A DNA stretch of 64,000 nt. It comes from Basidiobolus meristosporus CBS 931.73 (Eukaryota; Fungi; Basidiobolomycota). Below, piece by piece: positions 1 to 13,221 of the stretch. The stretch spans positions 51,142-115,141 of the forward strand of contig MCFE01000246.1 of assembly GCA_002104905.1 (NCBI GenBank). Reading direction: 5' to 3'. A model generated the notes under the pieces. That model saw only the letters and a list, made by a program, of their open reading frames with translations. It did no database searches and was not told the origin of the DNA. The position numbers were made by a program, and so were the translations under genes. The first letter of the stretch is position 1. Every line of letters starts with the position of its first letter.

Positions 1-245
1 TAAATGTTGAGTGCATTAAGACTGTTGGAATGCCATTCTGTTCTTGTCAAAAGACTACACAAGCACTGTTAAGTTTTGTACTTAACTTGGCAGTAAAATC
101 AGCAAAACAATGTTACAATCCTGTCATAAGATTGTTTGGAGGCTCAATAACTCCAAGCTACCAGTATTACAATGGACTCATTGCAGGATCCTAATGGTGG
201 GTCTAGATTGTATCCACAAGTGGGGCCAAAATATTTTGCATAGGG
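1..245 (+). mobile_element. Right-terminal region of a CACTA/EnSpm-like DNA transposon (rest lies outside the window)
   Basis: Aligns by eye, in direct orientation, with 5470-5714 (shared ataagattgt, tccaagct, tccac..gtggg.ccaaa). Both similarities end at CATAGGG, where unrelated sequence begins. Confidence 0.45.
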
Positions 246-390
246 GTACCAATTGGTCTTCAGTAAAAGGATATTGTTGAAGAACAAATGAATTGCTCTC
301 AGGGGAAAGCTTTTGCTCCAACAGATTCCTACTATCTTAAGTACCACTGGCTATCAATTGATTTAATTTTCTGGCCAATGGCTTATACCT
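246..390 (-). pseudogene. Inverted fragment of a CACTA transposase
   Basis: Translation LKIVGICWSKSFPLRAIHLFFNNI matches LKIEGICWSKSFPLGVMHLLFNNI of the transposase at ~3960-4100. Confidence 0.8.
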
Positions 391-2256
391 TCAGAGTAGC
401 CCTTGCTTCTTGGCTTTTAGTGATGCTTGCATCATGCTTGCAGCATTAATTGGCAAGAACTGCAGTTTTTTTTGCATGCCTCCCTGTCTCAGGCTTGGGT
501 AGACATTTTTCCCTTTACCTTTTCCTTTATCACTGCCAGGTCTTTCACTGCTACTTTGTCTGAGTGCTTCTTGTAAAGAACTACATTTTCTCCTGGATAA
601 ATTCTGCTCTGACACATCTGTTTTGGCCTGCTTGTCCCATGCTGGCACTCTTCTGGCAACCTGACGTTTCTTTTCAGCTTGTTTTGAGCTCTCAACTGTA
701 GTTGTGACAGGCTCCTCTAAAATCAGCTGGTTTTTATCACTGCCAGGTCCTTCACTGCTACTTTGACTGGGTGCTGCTTGAGTGGTACTATGCTTTTTCC
801 TTGATAAATGTTGTGCTGGTGCATCCATGTCTGCCTGCTTGTCCTTAATTGGCACTCTTCCAGCTGCCTAATGTCTCTTTGACTCTTGTCTGGAGCTTTT
901 GGCCCTGCTTGTAACAGGCTCTTGAGGAAGCCGCTGGTTTTTAGCCATGGCACCCTTGTTCTTCTGCCTTTGATAGTTTCTGCTATTTTTAAGATACTTT
1001 CTTGGCATACCAATGCTGGCCCAAAATCCATTTGCCCGTTTGAATCCAGGATAATGCTTATGGAACAAGTCAAGTGCATTCTGCTTGGCCTTGAGTTCCT
1101 GATGGTCCCATGGTGTGCTGGCCTTAAGGTGATGGTGTGCTAGACTTCTGATGGCCTCTTGTATATTAGCCCACTCTTCATTATTGCACTCAACAGCTTC
1201 ACAGATCTTCAATGTCTTTTGATTTTTAGGCTTTGGTATAAACACTACATTGTCTCTGTTCTATGCTGTGATAGGTTTTTCTGTGGGCTTTATCTTTGGG
1301 CGCTGTTGTTGTGCTTCAAAGACTGTACAGTGTACCTCTGCTGTTACATCAGGAGGAAGCTGCTGGCTTTTAGCCATGGCACCCTTGTTCTTCTGCCTTT
1401 GATAGTTTCTGCTATTTTTAAGATACTTTCTTGGCATACCAATGCTGGCCCAAAATCCATTTGCCTGTTTGAATCCAGGATAATGCTCATGGAACAAGTC
1501 AAGTGCATTCTGCTTGGCCTTGAGTTCCTGATGGTCCCATGGTGTGCTGGCCTTAAGGTGATGGTGTGCTTGACTTCTGATGGCCTCTTGTATATTAGCC
1601 CACTCTTCATTATTGCACTCAACAGCTTCACAGATCTTCAATGTCTTTTGATTTTTAGGCTTTGGTATAAACACCACATTGGCTCCCTTCCATGCTGTGA
1701 TAGGTTTTTCTGTGGGCTTTATCTTTGGGCACTGTTGTTGTGCTTCAAAGACTGTACAGTGTACCTCTGCTTTTACATCAGGAAGTGGCTCAATTCTTGG
1801 CTGTGGCATTGAGCTACTTGAGTTCCTTCTTTGCAGCAAAGATACTGCTTTCTCTACCTGGGATATTGATTGCTCTACACATATTATCCGCTCATCCTGT
1901 TTCTGGACTACTTCCTGATTTCTCTGGGCCATTGCATCTATCCTATCAGCCACTGCACCTAATTGCTTCATTAATGCTTTGGTATGAGCTGACAATATAC
2001 TTGCTAATATGGGTGGTGGTGATGTTATCATGGCCACTTGCTGATCTTCAACAGAGGGTACTGCATTTGCTACATTCTCATCTGGCTGAGCATGATGGTC
2101 AGCTTGTGGCTCCGCAGAGGTTCTGAATTGCATATTTGACTGAAAGCCTGAGGAGTCTGCATTATTACCTTCAATGGGCACACTGTCTGCAGGGCCTTTT
2201 TTGGATGTAGCCTTGCTTGTTGCACTGAATGTCAAAGCAAGCTGTTGTCCAACCAT
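391..2256 (-). pseudogene. Second (accessory) ORF of the CACTA element, with a duplicated domain and two in-frame stops
   Basis: ORFs 1261-2256, 868-1245 and 391-855 share one frame. It has a coiled-coil-like N-terminus and two copies of a WANIQEAIRS..WDHQ..YPGFK.ANGFWASIGMPRKYLKNSR domain. It is divergent from the transposase and CpG-poor. Confidence 0.55.
924..1783. repeat. 429-bp (143-codon) direct tandem duplication
   Basis: Landmarks gaggaagc at 924/1353 and gactgtacag at 1321/1750 show a constant offset of 429; the copies are nearly identical. Confidence 0.95.
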
Positions 2257-2547
2257 TCTTCTGTTGCCATCAGTGGTGGGGTTTGGTTGAGAACCAGACT
2301 ACTTTGCTTTGTTTTTTGGTGGCATATATATGGAAGTGAGTCAAACCAAAGGGGAAATAGTGTTACATATATGTGTGTATGTGGTGCCACAACTTTATTT
2401 ATAATGCTTACTATGGCAGGTCATCATTGAATCTTACATTCATGTAGGTGCAATGTCTCAAATACAAGACTGTCTTAAGTTCACATGAGTATTGACCAAA
2501 AAGTGATATAATAGCGTTACATTGTTGAAGGTCAAACTGTTTGCCCC

Positions 2548-5396
2548 ATGGACAAGACTACTTTGACTCAACACCGTAAGAGAAGAGAAAAAAGACCATG
2601 TGACTTTTGTGGCAAGCCTCTCAGCCATGAAGCATGCAGACATCATAGGAAGTATTACAAGAATCACCGCCAGTGTTTTGCCACCCAAGTCATATTTGAC
2701 CATTCATTAATCACTACTGTACCAACATTATCTTGCCGGCCAGTTGCTATTTTTACATTGGCACCTGGCTGTCTTTGTCACCTTGCGCAAACTGAGTCAG
2801 GTGAGTTTGTGACACATTTAGGCTCACCTCAGCCTTCTGGATATGGCACGCAGAGTGATAGCTCTGACAAAGAAGGTTCACTAATGGATTTTGAGCATAT
2901 CTCCCCTAGCAACAGTGCCATGTATGAGCCTGGTCAAATCTCTATATGCAATGAGACAACACCTGCTGAGACAAATGCCAAGGATACTTTATGGAGCCAA
3001 GTGAGTCCAGTAATCCATCTACTGGTGAATGATGTGATGTTGTGGCTAGAGAAGTGGCGCGTTTCCACTAATATCAGTAATGGGGGCTTTGCGGATTTAT
3101 TGCTACTTCTTGCCAAAATCATACCAGGATGCAACTTACCATGTACATGGTACAAGTGGACAACTGTCATGTGGCTGGCAACATATGATCCAGAGACTGT
3201 CCTGATTCTGGCATGTGTTAACAGTTGCATGGCATTCACATCCAAAAATGCTACTATTTCAACATGTACAAATTGTTAGGAATCCACCACCATTGAGGGA
3301 AAACATTGTTCACACTCCGGATATATTCCAGTCATACCCCATCTGAGGAAGCTGATGCAGTCTAACAAATATTGCAAAGCTATACAGTACCGCACTCAGT
3401 ATCAATCAAGCACAAACATATCCAATATATTTGATGGCAAACATTACAAACAGCTAAGAAGCAAGGGCTACTTTGAAGGTATGTATGACCATGCCTTTGC
3501 TTTAGCACTTGATGGATTCTCATTAAGCAAGTACTCTACCAGCAAATCCTGATGGCCACTGATTCTCATCAATCTGAATCTGCCGCCCATCTTACGGTAT
3601 CAGCGCAATAATCTGATGGTAGTCTCACTGGTATCTGCGCCTAAATCACCGTCCAATCTGGATAGCTACCTGTATCCATTGCTGAATGAATTTTGTATGC
3701 TTTCCAGTGGGATAACGGTAAATGGCTGTCATGTAAAAGTGCATATTATTATCTGCATTGGAGATACCCCAGCCATCAGCAAGATAGCAGGTTTTTCCAG
3801 GCACAATGGACAGTATTGCTGTCAAATGTGTGAGATCCAGGGGATTTACTCCATAACTCACACACATTATTATTACCCAAGCACCAGCACTAAAAACATC
3901 ATCTTTCCACAGAGAGAACATACAGAAGTAAGCATGCAATTGCAGCAAAGTTGGCAAGCTATAAGCCATTGGCTGGAATATGGAATCAATTGGAAACCAG
4001 AGATACTTAAGATAGAGGGTATCTGTTGGAGCAAAAGCTTTCCACTGGGAGTAATGCATTTGCTTTTCAACAATATCCCTATACTAATGACCAAGTTGTA
4101 CATGGGGCATTTCAAGCTAAATGAGCCCTTTGAGATACCGGAGAAATTTGAAAAAATTGGCAAGATATTACAGAGTATCCGCTACCCTAAGTACTTCTCA
4201 CTGGCTCCAATTAATATTCATATGCATATGCAACAATACAAATGCAAAGACTGGATGAACTGGATATGTGTTTATTCAAGTGGTGTTCTGAAGCCATTCC
4301 TACCAAGAGTACATTGGAAGCATTGGGAGTCATATGTGGACATTGTAGGAATATTTATCCAGAAGCAGATAACCAATGCCAACTTGACACATCTACAGCT
4401 GTTGTGTGAGGAGTTTGTGATGGGATTTGAGCAGCTATACTACAAACATAAAGCTGAACGTGTAGATCTCTGCCGCTACTGTATCCATTCTCTACTCCAT
4501 CTTGCATGGTGTGTGGGGAATATTGGGCCTTGCTTCATCTTTTGGGAGTTTCCTATGGAGCGGATGTGTGGGGAGATAGGAAGACAAGTCAAGTTGCAGG
4601 TACTACCATATCCCAATCTCATCAAGAATATTACCTTCAAGTCCGTCATGGATGTGATGAGTTGGCACATGGAGGACAGCCAGAATGAGTTGGAAAATAC
4701 TGAGGACAAATGTGCACATGGAGACACCTATGCCTATGGCATTAAGAAGCTAAGTAGCCCCAATGTGTGGGTAATCAGTTAAGTAATGCAAAGTTGGGTT
4801 GGGTGTAACAAGCAACTAATTTTTATCAGGAAAACTCCACCAAGATATGCCGGATTTCTTGTGGTCACAAGCCAACTTCTACACCATTCAATACAGAACT
4901 CACACAAACAAAAGCCAGAGCGCACCTATAAGGGGGACTAGAATCCAGCAGGGAGAAGGAATATATTGGCTAAATACCAAGAAGTTCTTTGCCAATATTC
5001 AGGAGGTATTCATGGCGGAAGTGGCAACAACCAAGCATATGTTTGCAAGATGTATATGCTACCAGCAGTACAACGTATATGGCAACTTTGCAAGTATCAC
5101 ACTAAAAAGCCGTAAAGTTGAGGTGATAGAAGTGTGTCAATTGTGGCAGGTGTGCATGCTTGTAGAGGTTAGTAAGCAGGAGGCCATAGTTTTTTTTGAT
5201 TCAAACTATATGTGGAATACCCAAGGTAGTAGTGGGCAAACATATAAAGAAAGGTGATTCTACAGTGGAATATATGAATTGCACAAGGGGAGGTAGAAAA
5301 GGGAAATACCATTTGGTAAATTGGTACGGTAGCATTATACATAACCAGCAGCAGGCCGTCATACTGCCAAAAAAAGCCATCAGAGTCTTGCTGTGA
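2548..5396 (+). pseudogene. CACTA/EnSpm (Transposase_21/Tnp2-like) transposase with premature stops
   Basis: Motifs ACVNSCMAF..CTNC, IFDGKHY, LALDGF, WPLILINLNLPP, IGDTPAISKIAGF..HNGQYCCQMC, GVMHLLFNN, HSLLHL..GP..FWEFPMERMCG. Stops at 3277 (TAG) and 3550 (TGA). Confidence 0.85.
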
Positions 5397-5714
5397 GGCC
5401 ATCAAAATACCATCAAGTTTCTGCCGTATAAGGCAATTGGAAGTCCTGGCCTACTGGATCCACTTAAAATAGTAATACAGCGCTGAAAGACTGCAACAAT
5501 AACATGTGAATATTGTCACAGCACCAATCAAAAATTGTCAAGTTTTATCCCTTTATTTGGCTGTAAAATTTGCAAAACACTGTCATGATCTTGTTATAAG
5601 ATTGTCAGGAGGGTCACTAATTCCAAGCTGCTGTTACTATGACCGTCTCTGAATGGGATCTTGATGGATGATTGGATTGGATCCACCTGTGGGACCAAAT
5701 TATTTTTCATAGGG

Positions 5715-8068
5715 TATGAAATTAACTGAAAGCCAGTTTCTTGGCATATGCTGTACACCCAAATATTCTTAGATGTTTTGCACTTGGTCTGTATCCATAC
5801 CATGCTTCAAATGGAGTAGAATCACAAAGTATTTGGTTATAACTCCTATTTTTGAGGTATATAGCAGTGGCATCAGATTCTGCCCAAAAATCATAAGATA
5901 ATTTTGATCATGGATCATAGATCTTGCCATATCAATTATTGATCTGCTTGCACATTCTGCCACTTAATTTTGCTGTGGGGAGTATGGTACAGTAGTGTCT
6001 TACTTTATCCCATGAACTTTGCTGAAGTGGATGAAGAGTTTTGAGGTATATTTTCCACCGTTGTCAGAGCATATTTTCTTGATTTTTTTATCAGTTTCTC
6101 TCTCCACCATGGCTTTAAGCTCCCTGAGCTTAGACAGAGCTTCTTCCTTTCTCTCCATGAAGTAAACCCATGTGTATCTTTTATCATCATCAATATAAGT
6201 GATCAAATACTTCATTCCACCTAAGAATAAATCTTACCTAGGTCCACACAGATCTTGGTGAATTAGATCCAGCTTTTTTGTAATTTTGACTAACCCAGAG
6301 CTCTTGAACAGTTGTCCTGCTTGTTTCCCATATATGCAGGCTTCACTGTGCTCCAAATTGGCTGGGGGATCAACTTTTACTCCAGAAATTAGCTGATCTT
6401 TGACCATTTTGAGCATATAATCAAAATTGATGTGCCCAAATCTCCTGTGCCAAAGCATTGGTGTTTCTTCATTTAAATTACTTAGATTGGCTTCCAGATA
6501 TGATGGAATATAAGTCAACTTGTCTAGACTCTGATCTCTGATATCCAAAGCAATATGGGCACCATTTCAACTGGTGATCCTTCATTTAGAATTGTCAAAG
6601 TTCAACTGAGTCCTTTTGCAGTGGCCTTGCTTACAGAGAGTAGGGTCTTGGCTATTTCTGGTACATAGGGTGCTTCTTTAAAGGTCAGTTTATGGCTTCC
6701 TTCACTGCTTCTAAGGTTTACTTGGATAGTTCCTTCTCCCACTGCATCAAGTGTTCTATTGTCACCCATGAAGACCTTCTTAAATGGAATTTCTTGATAT
6801 TAGGTAAAAAGTTTCTATTGGTGTGTAAAGTGTTGGGATGCTCTGAAGTCAATATATCATATCTGAGAATCATTGTTTGTGGTCATATTAAGTGCAGATA
6901 GGAATAGTCTATCTTCTGTTGTTGCAGCATTTCCATATTTTGGCTTCCTTTGCTGAGTATCTTTTTTTTTGAAGCACCGGTCTGAAGTGTAACCTTTCCT
7001 TTTGCAGTAGTTGCAAAACAAGTTGCTGTTACCTTTAAAGGGTCATGAGTACCATCTTTGTTGGTTGTCAATGCTTATTAAAGCATTTTCCTCTTCCTTC
7101 TTATTGGCACCAGATTTTCTTAATTCTTCATCCATGAGCCTTCTATGTATGTAGTTTAAGGTCATATATTCAGTTCTTAACTCTAGGGCTGATACAAAAC
7201 CCTGAAGCTTGTTTGGCAGGCTATTCAGCATGATAACTTTCACATCCTCATTAGTAGTTGGTACACCAACAGATTGCATCTCATCCACCAGCAAGGTTAT
7301 TCTGTTAATTAGGTTTTTCTTTTCTTCTCCTGACAGCATCTTTGTAGTATAGAGTTTTGGTCTCAGATACATTTTCTTGGCAGCTGAACATAACTGGTAG
7401 GTGTCTTCTAATGCCTTCCAGGCAGTCTTTATCATTTTTGCTCTTGAGCATTGAATTAGCAGCTTGTCTTTAACATTGAGGCAAATGCAGTTAAAGGCAC
7501 TTTGTTCTTTCTTATGGTACTTTAAGGCTTCCTCTCCCACGTTTTTAGGAGGGGATTCTTCTCCCATGACAGTATCCCAAAAGCCTCTTTCTTGTATCAG
7601 CTTCTTCATCTTCACCTTCTACACTAGGGAGTTAGATACATCCAACTTTTCAGCAGAGGGGAAAATTCCAGTAATAGCAGTGATAGGCATTACAGAGAGT
7701 GACAGCTCAGTGCTCATAACCTGTTGCAAGAGTCTTGGAGATATTGGAGTTGATTGGCAGGACAAGCAGATGATGTGGTTTTCACTAAATGATTTATTGT
7801 ATCTAAAAGTGGTATTTATACTTTTACATGGTCTTGGCATAAAACCACGTAAGATAGATCCAGACAGGTCCCAAGAGCATGTGTGCAAAGTTTGGGGATG
7901 TTTGGACAACTTTGAGAATTTCATGATCTGGGTACCCAGTATTTTGGTGAAAATATCCTAAGTAAATCCTGACAAGGAGTTTGGTGAGTATTCTCTAGTA
8001 TCTGAAGGTAAGGATCTAAGTGATCAAGTTAGGTGCATATTTAGGTTGAATTCCAAGGCTTTACAACA
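5715..8068 (-). mobile_element. Ty1/Copia LTR retrotransposon, 3'-truncated and degenerate (LTR 7722-8068, PBS, gag, protease, integrase)
   Basis: Reverse-complement homolog of 8888-11250. It has the LTR with TGTT..AACA ends, PBS GGTTATGAGC, gag KMKKLIQERGFW, GAG-pre-integrase WHRRFGH and integrase YIDD/CSDNGGKY. Confidence 0.9.
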
Positions 8069-8199
8069 AATTCTACCATGGAATACATGAGTGGTACCAA
8101 GGGAAGTGGAAATATGAAAAACCATTGGGTAAAATTAGTACAGTAGCATTGTGCAGGACTAGATATAAATCATCATACAGCCATAATGATGCTAAAAGT

Positions 8200-8887
8200 G
8201 AGCAAATTTTATAAATGCACTCATTCACTTACCTGACTTAGTTACCTAGACCATTACCCACAAATCTTAGTAGAACCTGACTTAATTCCTACTTGTGATT
8301 TACTTACAATATTTTTACCAGAATATCAGATACCTAGTGCATGGAACTTCTCAGAGCTGTCCAAGCATCCCTAAGCTCTGTGCAAATGTTCTTGGAATCT
8401 TGCTTAGCATGATCTGTGCTTGTCTTGTCATGACCCGGTAAAAGTATAACAACTACTTTTATGCCAAACAAATCATTGAGTGAAGCCCTTAAATCTGCTT
8501 ATTCTCCCATTCACTACCAATGTATCCTGGCTCTTACAGTAGAGAATGTGCCTCAAGCTGTCACTTTCTGGAATGTTCACCTAGCTATTACTAGACCTTC
8601 TCCTTCAGCTGAAAGCCTAATACTACAAACTACAAAGTTTGGAAGGTGTGGATGACAATGCTGCTTCAGGATCAAGGCCTTTGAGATACTGTTGTAGGAG
8701 AAGAATGCCCTCCTAACAGTGTAAGAGAAGAAGCCTTGAAGTACCACAAGAAAAAGTACCTTTAACTGCATTTGCCTTGATTTTGAAGACAAATTGCTAA
8801 CTAAACATTAAAGAGTAGAAATAGCAAAGAATGCCTGGAAGGCATTAGAGGACACCTACAGGTTATATTTGGCCGCTACAAAGATTT
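8200..8887 (+). mobile_element. Older degenerate Copia copy (LTR remnant plus gag start), interrupted by the younger element; gag resumes at ~13576-13750
   Basis: Diverged similarity to the LTR and gag (gagaagaatgccctcc, gaagccttgaagtacc). After 13575, aatatgctgccatgaggggaaatgaaaaa continues the same gag. Confidence 0.7.
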
Positions 8888-9236
8888 TGTTGTAAAAACT
8901 CGTATTTCCACCTAAATATTCACCTAACTTAGTCACTTAGATCATCACCTTCAAATCCTAGAGAATACTGACCAAATTCATTGTTGGGATTTACTTAGAA
9001 TATTTTCACCAAAATACCAGGTACCCAGAACATAAAAATTCTCAAAGTTGTCCAAACAGCCCCAAACTTTGCACACATGTTCTTGGGACCTTCCTTAACC
9101 TATTCCAAGTGTTTGTAATGCCAAGACCAGGTAAAAGTATAAATACTACTTTGACATTCAATAAATCATTAAGTGAAAAACACATAATCTACTTGTTCTC
9201 CAAATCACTTCCAATATCTCCAAGACTCTTACAACA
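8888..9236 (+). repeat. 5' LTR (349 bp)
   Basis: TGTTG...CAACA ends and TATAAAT at ~9138; 7 substitutions versus the 3' LTR, counted by eye. Confidence 0.97.
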
Positions 9237-9248
9237 GGTTATGAGCCC
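9237..9248 (+). promoter_or_regulatory. Primer-binding site GGTTATGAGCCC
   Basis: Directly follows the 5' LTR and resembles the GGTTATGGGCCC half-tRNAiMet PBS of Drosophila copia. Confidence 0.8.
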
Positions 9249-12200
9249 CGAGCTGTCATTCTCTGCAATGTCTACTACTGCTATTACTGGAATTTTTCCC
9301 TCTGCTGAAAAGTTGGATGGATCTAACTACCAAGTGTGGAAGGTGAAGATGAAGATGCTGCTACAAGAAAGAGGCCTTTGGGATATTGTCATGGGAGAAG
9401 AATGCCCTCCTAAAAACGTGGGAGAGGAAGCCTTAAAGTACCAGAAGAAAGAACAAAGTGCCTTTAACTGCATTTGCCTTAATGTCAAGGACAAATTGCT
9501 AATTCAATGCTCAAGAGCAAAAATGGCAAAAAATGCCTGGAAAGCATTGGAAGACACCTACCAGTCATGTTCAGCTGCCAAGAAAATGTATCTGAGAAGA
9601 AAATTCTTTACTACAAAGATGCTGCCAGGAGAAGAAATGAAAAATCTAATTAACAGAATTACCCTGCTGGTAGATGAGATGGAATCTGAGGGCGTACCAA
9701 CTACTGATGAGGATGTGATAGTTACCATCCTGAATAGCCTGACAGACGAGTTTCAGGGCCTTGTATCTGCCCTAGAGTCCAGAACTGAAGATTTGACCTT
9801 AAATTAAGTATATGGAAGGCTCCTGGATGAAGAATTAAGAAAATCAAGCGCCAATAAGAAGGAAGAAGAAAATGCTTTAATAAGCAATGATAACCAACAA
9901 AGGAGGTACCAAGACCCTACAAAGGCAACAGCAACCTATCTTGCAACTACTGCAAAAGGAAAGGACACACATCAGACCGGTGTTTCAAAAAGAAAGATTA
10001 TCAGCAAAAGAAGCCTGAAAATGGAAATGCTGCAACAACTGAAGATAGACTATTCATATCTGCACTAAATATGACCACAAACAAGGATTCTCAGATGTGG
10101 TATATTGACTCTGGAGCTTCTCAACACTTTACACACCAAAAAGAACTTTTTACCCAATATCAAGAAATTCCAATTAAGAAGGTTTTCATGGGTGACGATA
10201 GAATACTTGATGCAGTGGGAGAAGGAACTATCCAAGTAAACCTTAGAAGCAGTGAAGGAAGCCATACACTGACCTTTAAAGAAGTACTCTATGTGCCAGA
10301 AATAGCCAAGAACCTACTCTCTGTAAGCAAGGCCACAGCAGAAGGACTCAGTTTCAGTTTTGACAATTCTGGATGCAGGATCACTGATCAAAATGGTGCT
10401 CATATTGCTTTGGGCATCAGAGATCAGAATCTATACAAGTTGACTTATATTCCATCATATCTGGAAGCCAATTTAAGTAACTTAAATGAAGAAACACCAA
10501 TGCTTTCGCACAGGAGATTTGGACACATCAATTTTGATTATTTGCGCAAAATGATCAAAGATCAGCTAATTTCTGGAGTGAAAATTGATCCCCCAGCTAA
10601 TTTGGAGCACTGTGAAGCCTGCATATATGAGAAACAAGCCAGACAACTGTTCAAGAGCTCTGGGTTAATCAAAACTAAGAAAAAATTAGATCTCATTCAC
10701 TCAGATCTATGTGGACCTATGCAAAATTTATCCTTAGGCGGGATGAAGTATTTAATCACTTTTATTGATGATTATACAAGATACACATGGGTCTACTTCA
10801 TGGAGAAAAAGGAAGAAGCTCTGTCTAAGCTCAGGGAGTTTAAAGCCATGGTGGAGAGAGAAACTGGTGAAAAAATCAAGAAAATACGCTCTGACATTGG
10901 TGGGGAATATACCTCAAAACTCTTCATCCACTTCTGCAAAATTCATGGGATAAAGCAAGAGACTACTGTACCTTACTGCCCACAGCAAAATGGAGTAGCA
11001 GAACAAGCTAACAGATCAATAATTGATATGGCAAGATCTATGATCCATGATCAAAATTATCCTATGATTTTTGGGCGGAATCAGTTGCCACTGCTGTATA
11101 TCTTAAAAATAGGAGTTATAACAGAATACTTTGTGATTCTACTCTATTTGAAGCATGGTATGGATACAGACCAAGTGCAGAACATCTAAGAATATTTGGG
11201 TGTACAGCATATGCCAAAAAACTGGCCGGAAATCAGTCAAAATTTGAGCCAAAAAGTGTAAAATGCATATTTTTGGGCTACTGCAATGAGAGTAAGGCAT
11301 ACAGACTCTACAATACCGAAGCAAAGAAGCTGATCAAGTCCAGGGATGTGTTGTATGATGAAGATTCAAAATTTTCACAAAAAATGACATCAGATGATGA
11401 CAAAAATTTGATCTCAAGTCCACCAATTGTCAGGATTGAATCAGAGCAAAACAATGAAAATTTTTTCACTCCAGAGGACTCTACAACCGTGGTTTAGCCA
11501 GAATCAGTGCCCAGGAATATCCCAGAAGTGATCATTCCAGTATCAAATGCCCGGAGATCCAATCGGACAAGAAATAGCCCAAATTACTATATTAATGAGG
11601 GTACAAACTTAGCCTATGCCTATTCAGTCCATATTGATGAACCCCAGACTGTAAAAGAGGCCCTAAATAGCCCTCAGATGAAGTTTTGGAGATCTGCAAT
11701 GACTGAGGAATATCAGGCCCTGATGGAAAATCAAGCTTGGGACCTAGTCAAATTACTAATCAACCAAAAATCAATTGGATGCAGATGGGTCTTCAAGACA
11801 AAATACAAGGCTGATGGTACAATTGAAAGATACAAAGCAAGACTTGTAGCCAAAGGTTACTCTCAAACAAAAGGACTTGACTATACTGAGACCTTTGCAC
11901 CGGTAGCCAAGTTTAATTCCATCAGATTAATATTGGCTATTGCAGCCAAATATAAGTTTTTTATTCATCAAATGGATGTAAAAACTGCATTTTTGAATGG
12001 AGAACTTGATGAGGACGTGTATATGGACCAGCCTGATGGGTTTGTTGACCAAGATAACCCCCATTTGGTCTGCAAGCTTAAAAAGTCACTATATGGTCTC
12101 AAACAATCACCAAGAGCCTGGAATTGCAAGATAGATTCTTATTTGGAATCTTTGAGTTTCAAAAGGAGTAATGCTGACTATAGTATATACCATAAGCCAG

Positions 12201-13212
12201 ATAGAGCAAATCCAGTTCTATTAGCTCTATATGTGGATGATCTTATTATAGCCGCCAATAACCCAGAAACATTGGAAGAGACTAAATCCAGCCTATCTAA
12301 GGAGTTCAAGATGTCCAATCTAGGAGAACTTAGTTACTACTTAGGGATTAAGTTCTCCATAAACAGAAGTACCCAGACTATTACCCTAAGCCAATCCAAG
12401 TATAATCAAGATATACTAAAGAAGTACAAAATGGAAGACTGTAAACCGGCAGCTACTCCAATGGAGACAAACCTTAACTTGGTCAAAACTCAACCAAATC
12501 AAGAGAGCTTGGTGCCATCTGAAAGCCCTGACTTTCCTTATCAATTGATGGTTGGCAGTCTGATGTATATCATGCTTGGAACACGTCCAGATATCTCATA
12601 TTCAGTGGGAGTTGTCAGCCAACATAATCAGAACTATGGATCTGATCACATTGCAGCAGTTAAGCGGATTTTTAGATACCTAAAAGGAACTGCTGACATC
12701 TGCTTAAGATACACTTATAAGGATTCAGAACAGGATCTTGTGGGATACTCTGATGCTGATTGAGGACAAAATTTGGAAGACAGAAGATCCACCACAGGAT
12801 ACACCTTTCTTTACTGTAAAGGAGCAATTTCATGGAATTCAAGAAAGCAACCAACCATAGCACTTTCTACTACAGAGGCAGAGTATATGGCAGCCTGTGA
12901 AGCTACAAAAGAAGCAATGTGGTTAAGAAAACTCTTTACAGATTTAGGCCTATGTCAAAAAACGCCTATTACTTTATTTCAAGATAATCAAGTATGAATA
13001 CAATTAGGTAGAAATCCAACTTTTCATGCTAGAACCAAGCACATAGATATTGGACATCATTTCATACATGAAGCTATAGAGAATAACTTAGTTAGCTTAG
13101 TTTACTGTTCTACAGATGAAATGATTGCAGACATATTTACCAAACCATTAGCTAGAGACAAGTTTGAATATCTTAGGTCAAAATTAGGACTAGTCAGTAT
13201 GAACATTTAGCT

Positions 13213-13221
13213 GAGTGGGAG
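13213..13221 (+). promoter_or_regulatory. Polypurine tract GAGTGGGAG
   Basis: Immediately precedes the 3' LTR. Confidence 0.8.

Larger units (their letters stand above)
391..5714 (+). mobile_element. Decayed CACTA/EnSpm-like element with putative right terminus ...CATAGGG (5'-CCCTATG on the minus strand)
   Basis: Carries the transposase and a divergent accessory ORF. Copia homology starts immediately after 5714, consistent with insertion into that Copia. The left end is not visible. Confidence 0.6.

Noticed and set aside
9109-9267. LTR-encoded N-terminal extension in frame with gag
   Set aside because: Its ATG (9118) lies upstream of the LTR TATA box, so it is unlikely to be in the transcript.
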